A stretch of DNA of 32,000 nt, taken from NCBI RefSeq assembly GCF_000008665.1, contig NC_000917.1, positions 1,530,001-1,562,000 of the forward strand, written 5' to 3'. This DNA is from Archaeoglobus fulgidus DSM 4304. Lineage in GTDB: Archaea; Halobacteriota; Archaeoglobi; Archaeoglobales; Archaeoglobaceae. This document shows positions 25,671-32,000 of this stretch, one piece after another (the stretch's first letter is position 1; every line of letters begins with the position of its first letter). Position numbers and translations under genes: made by a program. The notes beneath the pieces are model-generated. The model ran no database searches, was not told where the DNA came from, and was given only the letters and a program-made list of their open reading frames with translations.

Positions 25671-25849
25671 TCTCCCTCCAGTATTATTTTGTGCCCAACC
25701 AAATCCATCTCAACAACTCTACCTCTTACCTCTCTGTAATCTCCCAGAATGTCCCACATTTTTACTTTTTCCCCTTCAACGACGATTCTCACCACATCCT
25801 CCATCAGCGGCTCCTCCCGGCCTGCCAAAAAGACCTTCGATTCACACAT
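25667..25849 (-). CDS. CooT-like small protein (putative nickel-binding / RNA-binding-fold family)
   Basis: MCESKVFLAGREEPLMEDVVRIVVEGEKVKMWDILGDYREVRGRVVEMDLVGHKIILE follows the CooT pattern (MCea.vyl....e..lmedV..i...g..v.l.difG....i.g.i..idl..hkIiLe). I place the start at the ATG at 25849 so that the N-terminus is Met-Cys. The track start at 25867 adds 6 residues. The stop overlaps the gap start by 4 nt. Confidence 0.6.
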   Translation of the reverse strand: MCESKVFLAGREEPLMEDVVRIVVEGEKVKMWDILGDYREVRGRVVEMDLVGHKIILEGE

Positions 25850-25921
25850 GATGAAGTGTTGGTGCAAGGTTTTATCTTATTTCCCCCAAACGTTAAAATT
25901 CCAGATAATATCACAGTTTTT

Positions 25922-27535
25922 GTGCTGAAGGTCGCCAAGTTCGAACTAAAAAAGTCGAGGAAGAGGTACGGGGCGAGGAGCTTGCTTCTAATTCTGCTTG
26001 CTGCAATGTTCTCAGCAGCAATGGGATACGCCTCTGTTTTAACCGGTATCGATTCCGATAAGGGGATTTACACAGCCAACGTGAGGGTGGACCTTGGGAC
26101 GTTCAAGCTCTCGGAAGATTCTGACGTCGTGCTGTATGATGGTAAGCTGTTTGTAGGGCAGAACGACAAGAGCCTTGCAGCCGCAGATGAGCTTTTGAAA
26201 TACCTCAGGGAGGAGCACAGAAAGAGGATAGAGGCTGAGTTTGGAGAGTTGGCACATCCCGTGAGGGTTAGCGTTGTTTACCTCAACCCGTCGAAGATAA
26301 CACCTCCCAGGACGAAGGCAGAAGGCGGTGGGGTGAAGAATGAAACGGAGAGCGGGCAGTTAAACGTAAACGGGTCGGAGGGGTCAAAGCAAACCAGCGA
26401 ATCCGCCTCAAAAACGCCTGCAGCAACGACTGTAACGGGTGGTGAGATGACGGCAAATGTCACACAGGTTGAAAAATCCTCTTACGTACCTCCTGAGGAC
26501 ATTAAAACACCGAGCCTCGTTGACAGAATGGTTCTGGCTTTCCTCTTCGTTATTCCATCTTACTTCGCCGTTCAGGTCTTCTCGTCCTCCCTGCTTGAGG
26601 ACAAGCTCCTCAGGAGGCTTGAGGTTCTGCTGTCCGCGATAAGCAGATCAGACCTGATTTTCGGGAAGATTCTGCCCTACCTTCTTTTCTCCCTTCTTTC
26701 TTCCCTCGCCGTATCGGTGTATCTGGGGAGCTATTTGGCATTTCTCTTCGCCATCCCCGTAATCCTCCTGCTTTTCTCCGCTCAAACGTTCGTGGTGATG
26801 ATTTCGAGAAGCTACAGAGAGGCAACCTTTCTCCTCCTCGTCGTTTCTCTCCTTATTACGATCTACGCATTCATCCCTGCGGTGTTCTCAACTGCAATAC
26901 CCCTGTCAAAAATCTCACCCATCACGCTCCTGATAGCGAGCGTTCAGGGAGAGGAGATAAACCTGACAGACCTCTCCCTTTCATTCGCCCACTACCTGAT
27001 TATGGCCTCGATGCTGCTTTACTTCAGCATGAAGGCCCTCAATCCGGACATTGCCCATGGAAAGGAGATTTTCCAGAAACTCGTTGAGATTTCGAGGCTG
27101 AGCGTAACCAGCGATTCTGCAGCATTCATCTTGGCCTTTCTGTCTATATCCTTCGCCTTCATGGCCGAACTCTTTGCAGTTTTCATGATTTTTGTCCTTC
27201 CGCGGCAGCTCATGATTCCAGCCCTGCTCGTCTGCGTTGCGGCGGTTGAGGAGCTCATAAAGGGACTCATCATTTTCTCCTCGCCCACCGCTCGCAGAGC
27301 CTTTTTCACAGCTCTGGGCTTCTTTGCGGGTGAGAAGTTTCTAATCCTCTTCAACGTCCTTCAGGAGTACAGCATAGCCTTTCTCGGGCAGTTCCTCGTT
27401 CTTCCCTTAATTCTCCACATAGCAACCGCTCTGCTCATCGCCTTTACTGCTAAGTTCGGATACGGAAGGGCGCTGATGCTGGCGGCAATCCTGCATGCCA
27501 TCTACGACCATACGGTGGTGATGCTCCTTGTTTGA
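25922..27535 (+). CDS. Polytopic membrane protein: ABC-2-permease-like module fused to a C-terminal PrsW-like (EExxK / HxxxD) membrane protease-like module
   Basis: I place the start at the in-frame GTG at 25922 (MLKVAKFELKKSRKRYG followed by a TM helix). The upstream part of track ORF 25691 is antisense to cooT. An ABC-2 signature-like stretch (LLEDKLLRRLEVLLSAISRSDLIFGKILPY) lies at about 26590-26680. The C-terminal motifs are AAVEELIKGL (about 27245-27262), LGFFAGEKF (about 27317-27340), LILHIATAL and LHAIYDH (about 27491-27511). An S/T/G-rich linker lies at about 26290-26460. Confidence 0.55.
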   Translation: MLKVAKFELKKSRKRYGARSLLLILLAAMFSAAMGYASVLTGIDSDKGIYTANVRVDLGTFKLSEDSDVVLYDGKLFVGQNDKSLAAADELLKYLREEHRKRIEAEFGELAHPVRVSVVYLNPSKITPPRTKAEGGGVKNETESGQLNVNGSEGSKQTSESASKTPAATTVTGGEMTANVTQVEKSSYVPPEDIKTPSLVDRMVLAFLFVIPSYFAVQVFSSSLLEDKLLRRLEVLLSAISRSDLIFGKILPYLLFSLLSSLAVSVYLGSYLAFLFAIPVILLLFSAQTFVVMISRSYREATFLLLVVSLLITIYAFIPAVFSTAIPLSKISPITLLIASVQGEEINLTDLSLSFAHYLIMASMLLYFSMKALNPDIAHGKEIFQKLVEISRLSVTSDSAAFILAFLSISFAFMAELFAVFMIFVLPRQLMIPALLVCVAAVEELIKGLIIFSSPTARRAFFTALGFFAGEKFLILFNVLQEYSIAFLGQFLVLPLILHIATALLIAFTAKFGYGRALMLAAILHAIYDHTVVMLLV

Positions 27536-28520
27536 GCTGGTAAAAAAGGACATCAGGCTGATGTTCAGGGAGAGAACCTTCGTCAGCATCGTTTTTTTGA
27601 TAGTGTTTGTTGCGGGCATCTCATCAGTCATAACCTTCGGGCTGATAATGCTCTACAACCCCGATTACCTCGGCTACTACGGCAGCTCTAAGGTTGCGGT
27701 TGTGGGGGAGTGCTTCATTGAGAGCTGTTACGACGAGAAAACGGCCATGGAGCTCTTCAAAGGCGGGAAGGTTGATGCGGTTCTGATTGTAACCGATTTA
27801 AACGGTATCAAGTACGTTGACATTTTGGTGCCCGACGATGAGATAAAGGCCGCTCAGGTTCTGAGCTACGTTAAAAAGCTGCTCACCGAATATGAAGAGA
27901 AGCTGAGAGACGCTTACGGCGTTCCGAATCTCGACGTGAGGGTTTTCTCTGGAGGCAGGGAGAAAGACCTTCCATCAGGGTCGTCCACGGTATTCAAGTT
28001 CATCTACCTAATCCTAATCCCTCTCCTCAGCATCACAACTGCCGTCGTGGCTGCGGGAATGACGATCGACTCGATTTGTGAGGAGATACAGAGCGGCTCT
28101 CTGGAAGTGCTGCTCTCCACACCCCTCTCACCCTTCAAAATTTCGATGGCCAAGGTGGCGTCGCCGATGCTTTTCTCCTCCACCGTCACAGCGCTCTGGC
28201 TTCTGCTTCTCGCAGCCAACAGGGTTGACATCGCAAACCCTCTGCTGACCTTTGCTCTATCCGTCTTCATCGCAGCTTTTTTCGTGGCGTTGGGCTACAT
28301 CATGGCAGCGAAGTTCAGGGACAGGGAGAGGGCGCAGCTCCTATTCTCCATTCTCGCTGCGGGCTCACTGCCGCTGATGGTTACGAAGTACGCAAGCCCG
28401 GCTGTGATGGTTGGAAGGGCTGCGGCAGGGGCAGAGATAGAACCTGCTGTTGCCGCAGCATTCTCCGTTCTGGCCTTCTTGCTTCTTGCAGTTTCGCCGC
28501 TCTTGGTAAAAATTAAGTGA
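27528..28520 (+). CDS. ABC-2-type permease-like membrane protein
   Basis: 330 aa. The N-terminus FELVKKDIRLMFRERTFVSIVF is followed by a TM helix and a large extracytoplasmic loop. The ABC-2 signature EEIQSGSLEVLLSTPLSPFKISMAKV (about 28080-28160) comes next, followed by about 5 TM helices. The TTG start overlaps the upstream gene by 8 nt. Confidence 0.6.
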   Translation: MFELVKKDIRLMFRERTFVSIVFLIVFVAGISSVITFGLIMLYNPDYLGYYGSSKVAVVGECFIESCYDEKTAMELFKGGKVDAVLIVTDLNGIKYVDILVPDDEIKAAQVLSYVKKLLTEYEEKLRDAYGVPNLDVRVFSGGREKDLPSGSSTVFKFIYLILIPLLSITTAVVAAGMTIDSICEEIQSGSLEVLLSTPLSPFKISMAKVASPMLFSSTVTALWLLLLAANRVDIANPLLTFALSVFIAAFFVALGYIMAAKFRDRERAQLLFSILAAGSLPLMVTKYASPAVMVGRAAAGAEIEPAVAAAFSVLAFLLLAVSPLLVKIK

Positions 28521-28522
28521 GT

Positions 28523-29776
28523 TCAGCTTCTTAACCTCTCCAGAACCTCCTTGGCGTAGTCCAGCCTTATCTTTCCGTCCCTGACCATTATCTCAACAAC
28601 CCTGTCAACCTCATCTCCTGTTGCACCGGCCATTATGGCGAGGTTTCTGGCGTGAAGCTCCATGTGCCCCCTCTGTATTCCTTCAGTTGCCAAAGCCCTT
28701 AAAGCTGCAAAGTTCTGAGCAAGGCCGAGAGCTGCAGCTACTCTCGCCAGCTCCTCGGCAGTGTTTACTCCAAGAATCTTCAGCGAGATTTTTGCCAGCG
28801 GATTGACCTTCGTTGCCCCCCCAATCACCCCCACAGCCATTGGAATCTCTATCGTTCCAACCAGATTCCCCTTCCTGTCAACCTCGTAGGTAGTGAGGGG
28901 TTTATAGCCGCCAATAGCAGCGTAGCTGTGGGCTCCAGCCTCAATAGCCCTGAAGTCGTTGCCCGTTGCAATCATCAAGGCTGAGATGCCGTTCATGATT
29001 CCCTTGTTGTGCGTGGCACATCTGAAGGGATCAGCTGCTGCAAAGGCGTAGGCGAGCATGATCCCCTCAACAACCTCCTCTCCGCCGATAACATCTTTGT
29101 CAAAAACAGCCTTCGCCCTCGCCAGCCTGTAGGCTGCAAGGTTCGAGATGATGCGGAGATAAACTTTCCCTCCAGTGATTCTCTCAATGAAGGGAGCAAC
29201 CTTCTCGCACATCGTGTTTACCGCATTTGCCCCCATGGCATCCTTTACATCAACAATTAAGTGGACTATGAGCATCTTCCCCATTATGGTGTCAATGACT
29301 CTCGCCTCTATATCCTTGCAGCCCCCTCCGAGGTTTACGAGCATCGGGTCGCATTCGTTGGCCCTCTCTATAATTTCATCCTTTTGCCTGAGAACCTCAA
29401 ATTTCGCCGCATTTGGGTTGAGAAGCTTTGTAACCTGAATCTGGCCAATCATGAGCGAGCCGGTGTAGTCTGTGGTGAATCCACCGCTCTCCCTCGCCAT
29501 TCTGGCTGCGTTGCTTGCTGCGGCAACAACACTTGGCTCCTCAATGGCCATCGGGATGAGGTAATCCTTCCCATCAATCAGGAAATTGGTGGCTATGCCC
29601 AGCGGAAGCTCAAAGGTGCCGATAACGTTCTCAATCATCCTGTCAGCAACGTCGAGGGGCAAACCCTGAGATAAAACTGCTTTAACCTCCTCATCGCTCA
29701 ATCCAGCGAATTCAGCAACCTTCTTCAGCCTTTCCTCCACGCTGAGCTTGTAAAATCCGGGAATGCGAGAACTCAT
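28523..29776 (-). CDS. hmgA: HMG-CoA reductase, class II (bacterial type)
   Basis: [35 protein letters not shown] and [14 protein letters not shown] are class II HMGR motifs. I place the start at the ATG at 29776 ([11 protein letters not shown]). It overlaps the upstream stop in an ATGA junction. Confidence 0.92.
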   Translation of the reverse strand: MSSRIPGFYKLSVEERLKKVAEFAGLSDEEVKAVLSQGLPLDVADRMIENVIGTFELPLGIATNFLIDGKDYLIPMAIEEPSVVAAASNAARMARESGGFTTDYTGSLMIGQIQVTKLLNPNAAKFEVLRQKDEIIERANECDPMLVNLGGGCKDIEARVIDTIMGKMLIVHLIVDVKDAMGANAVNTMCEKVAPFIERITGGKVYLRIISNLAAYRLARAKAVFDKDVIGGEEVVEGIMLAYAFAAADPFRCATHNKGIMNGISALMIATGNDFRAIEAGAHSYAAIGGYKPLTTYEVDRKGNLVGTIEIPMAVGVIGGATKVNPLAKISLKILGVNTAEELARVAAALGLAQNFAALRALATEGIQRGHMELHARNLAIMAGATGDEVDRVVEIMVRDGKIRLDYAKEVLERLRS

Positions 29777-31704
29777 GGCTCTTCTAATCTTCCCTGATTT
29801 ATAATGTCTTCGGTCGAGTCTAAGAACCTGCATGTGTTTCCTTCGCAGACCATTATTCCATCAACGTATTCCTTTATAACCAATTTAAAGGGCCTGAAGA
29901 GTTTAAGGGCACTTTCAAAGTGCTCCTCCGTTTTGACAACGTAAACTCCTTTAATGAAGGTGTAAAGGCTGAGCAAGTAGGAAGCGGAGGAGAAGGGAAA
30001 CCTTCTGGCCAATCCAGCGAAAGTTCTGAGGCCTTCAACCGCAAGCTCCTCGTACCTTCTCTCTCCAGTAATGGCGCTGAGGGCTAAAAGAAGCTGTGGA
30101 GCTGAGCCGTTCACTGACTGAGTTGGGCTGTCGTGGAAGTTTTTAAGCCTGATTCCAAGCACAGCCCTCTCAGAGTCGAAGAAGCCCCCATCTTCGCCAT
30201 CCCAGAATTTTTCGACCGCTGAATCAACAATTTCAAAACACTTTTCGAGGTATTCGTGCCTCTGCGTAACCTCAAAGAGGGCCAGAAGCCCTCTGGCAAA
30301 GAAGATGTAGTCCTCCGAGAGCCCTTCTACGTTATGAGTGTGGAGAAGCTCCCTACCATCCCAAAACTCCTTTAGCAGCCTGTTGGCCGTTTTCTCTGCC
30401 ATTTCAAGGCTCCAATTATCCCCAAAAACCTTGTGGTGCATACACAATGCCTCAATCATCAATCCATTCCATCCAGCGTAGATGGTGGTGTCGATGTAGG
30501 GCATCTCCCTCTGCTCCCTGAACTCCAGCATCTTCCTCCTTGCGGAATTAACAGCCCTCTCCACCTCTTCAACAGAAACTCCGAGGATTTTTGATATCTC
30601 CTCCTCGGTAAGGAAGATTCGGGGAAGCTTTCTCTCTCCCTGAATGTCGTAGTAAAGGGTAGCTATCCTGAACTCCCTCTCATCGAGAATTTCCTTCAAT
30701 TCTCTGTCGCTGAAGAGGTAGTAACCCCCCTCGTCGAGCTCTCCTATGTCCGCATCCTGTGAGGCGTAAAAGCCCCCCTCATTGCTGCAGCCAAATTTTC
30801 TGTAATATTCAACAATCCCATCGGCAATTTTCTGGTAAAGCCTCTTTCCTGTTAAGGCGTAGGCGATGGAGTAGAGATAAAGCAGCTCGGCGTTGTCGTA
30901 GAGCATCTTTTCGTAGTGCGGTGTGACCCACTTCGCATCGGTGGAGTATCTGAAGAAGCCACCAAGCAAGTGGTCGTAGATTCCGCCCCTCGCCATTGCA
31001 TCGAGCGTTATCTCTGCAGCCTTCAGCACCTCTTCATCTCCAGTGAAAAAGTGGTGAGTAAGGAGAAGCTCAACGGCCTTGGCGTGATGAAACTTTGGGG
31101 CTGAGCCGAATCCACCATTAACGTAATCCGTTTGATCCAGAACTGCCTCAATTCCCTTATCAAGCAGTTTTTCATCAACATCCCCTTTAAAGCTGCCCTC
31201 AGCATACCTCCTTACAGCTTCTGTAAGCTCCTCGGCAGATTTCAGCAGCCTCTCTCTGTCGTGCCTCCACATCTCCGCAATTTTTCTCAGCACAGTTTTG
31301 AATCCGGGAAGATGATAGCGGTCTTCGGGAGGAAAGTATGTCCCCCCGAAAAAGGGCTTGCCATCAGGGGTAAGGAAAACTGTTAGCGGCCACCCACCGC
31401 TTCCTGTGGTGGCCATTACAAACTCCTGATACCTCTTGTCGATGTCGGGCCTTTCATCCCTGTCCACCTTTATGGCCACAAAGTTCCTGTTAATCATTTC
31501 AGCAATCTCTTCATTCTCAAAACTCTCTTTCGCCATCACGTGGCACCAGTGGCACCAGACACCACCTATGGAGAGCAAAATAGGCTTATCTTCTTTCTTT
31601 GCCTTTGCAAAAGCCTCTTCTCCCCACTCAAACCACTCAACCGGCTGATTTGCGGCTTTGCGTAGATAGGGGCTACGGGAGTTGATTAGACGATTGACCA
31701 TCAA
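29773..31704 (-). CDS. Thioredoxin-domain protein of the YyaL/DUF255 family (thioredoxin-like N-terminus plus alpha/alpha-toroid C-terminus)
   Basis: 643 aa. The family signature is [61 protein letters not shown]...[15 protein letters not shown]. Confidence 0.85.
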   Translation of the reverse strand: MMVNRLINSRSPYLRKAANQPVEWFEWGEEAFAKAKKEDKPILLSIGGVWCHWCHVMAKESFENEEIAEMINRNFVAIKVDRDERPDIDKRYQEFVMATTGSGGWPLTVFLTPDGKPFFGGTYFPPEDRYHLPGFKTVLRKIAEMWRHDRERLLKSAEELTEAVRRYAEGSFKGDVDEKLLDKGIEAVLDQTDYVNGGFGSAPKFHHAKAVELLLTHHFFTGDEEVLKAAEITLDAMARGGIYDHLLGGFFRYSTDAKWVTPHYEKMLYDNAELLYLYSIAYALTGKRLYQKIADGIVEYYRKFGCSNEGGFYASQDADIGELDEGGYYLFSDRELKEILDEREFRIATLYYDIQGERKLPRIFLTEEEISKILGVSVEEVERAVNSARRKMLEFREQREMPYIDTTIYAGWNGLMIEALCMHHKVFGDNWSLEMAEKTANRLLKEFWDGRELLHTHNVEGLSEDYIFFARGLLALFEVTQRHEYLEKCFEIVDSAVEKFWDGEDGGFFDSERAVLGIRLKNFHDSPTQSVNGSAPQLLLALSAITGERRYEELAVEGLRTFAGLARRFPFSSASYLLSLYTFIKGVYVVKTEEHFESALKLFRPFKLVIKEYVDGIMVCEGNTCRFLDSTEDIINQGRLEEP

Positions 31705-31770
31705 AAAACATTGTTACGCAACTTTATAAAGATGGTGAAGTTTTAATATGGCCTGAAAAAACGCTTTTTG

Positions 31771-32000
31771 ATGAAAATTGCTGTGGTTGGAGCGGGGCTT
31801 ACAGGGCTCAAGACGGCGAAGGAGCTTGCAGAGCATGCCAAAGTTGTGGTCTTTGAGCCTGATGACGTGGGAGGGCTTGTGGCAACCTTCAGGGAATTCA
31901 GCATCGAGAAGTTCTACCACCACTGCTTCAGGGATGACGCCTTCCTGCTTGAGGAGATAAAGAGGTGCGGGCTGAAGTCGAAGCTTGTGTGGAAGATAGC
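31771..32000 (+). CDS. FAD/NAD(P)-binding oxidoreductase (amine-oxidase / phytoene-desaturase-like), N-terminal fragment cut by the window edge
   Basis: The ATG at 31771 gives MKIAVVGAGLTGLKTAKELAEHAKVVVFEPDDVGGLV. This is a GxGxxG dinucleotide-binding fold with the acidic residue at the end of beta2 and a following GG motif. The ORF is open to the window end. Confidence 0.6.
   Translation, partial: MKIAVVGAGLTGLKTAKELAEHAKVVVFEPDDVGGLVATFREFSIEKFYHHCFRDDAFLLEEIKRCGLKSKLVWKI

Noticed and set aside
24999-25739. 246-aa plus-strand ORF opposite gap and cooT.
   Set aside because: It is antisense to the clearly conserved GAPDH frame and has no motif of its own.
25691-25921. 77-codon N-terminal extension of the 614-aa track ORF.
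   Set aside because: It overlaps the cooT-like gene on the opposite strand. It is not hydrophobic and shows no signal-like features. The in-frame GTG at 25922 gives a typical permease N-terminus followed by a TM helix.
26290-26460. S/T/G-rich low-complexity coding stretch that might be a separate repeat element.
   Set aside because: It has no nucleotide-level tandem repeat. It is in frame within the membrane protein and is best read as an extracytoplasmic linker or stalk.
29777-29833. 19-codon N-terminal extension of HMG-CoA reductase ([19 protein letters not shown]).
   Set aside because: It overlaps the 3' end of the YyaL-like gene. The ATG at 29776 forms an ATGA coupling junction and gives a sensible class II HMGR N-terminus. 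This remains uncertain without N-terminal data.

Overview
The window reads as a euryarchaeal chromosome segment, very probably Archaeoglobus fulgidus. From memory, the 311-aa esterase at 7707-8642 matches the characterised AFEST carboxylesterase. PolD, a class II HMG-CoA reductase, archaeal-type GAPDH and a Ku/ligase pair fit the same assignment. All calls rest on reading the ORF translations and the DNA by eye; no database search was possible. About 35 genes are present. Positions 1 to about 7600 form an accessory defence island next to tRNA-Val. It holds a type I restriction-modification locus (hsdM...hsdS...hsdR, minus strand) with hsdM and hsdS separated by about 1.3 kb of toxin-antitoxin-type cassettes: a 60-aa ORF, a relB-like gene plus a truncated relE stub, and a DUF104 antitoxin plus PIN toxin. 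A strongly AT-rich HEPN-like gene lies between hsdS and hsdR. hsdM carries a 1-nt frameshift. hsdS has no canonical start codon, only ATA behind a good Shine-Dalgarno. A 37-nt relic of an older hsdS start survives right after the hsdM stop. This island, and especially the HEPN-like gene coupled to hsdS/hsdR, is my best candidate for an undescribed system. The rest is mostly housekeeping: esterase, ilvBN, sensor kinase, PolD large subunit, Lrp, ADP-ribosylglycohydrolase, malic enzyme, glycosyltransferase, truA, gap, hmgA and a YyaL-like thioredoxin-domain protein. Three items there deserve a second look. The first is an FtsZ/tubulin-fold paralogue with a degenerate GTP-binding signature (22611-23543). 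The second is a pair of ABC-2-permease-like membrane proteins with no ATPase, one fused to a PrsW-like protease module (25922-28520). The third is a translationally coupled Ku-ligase NHEJ pair (18270-19969). No CRISPR array, rRNA, transposase or integrase was seen.
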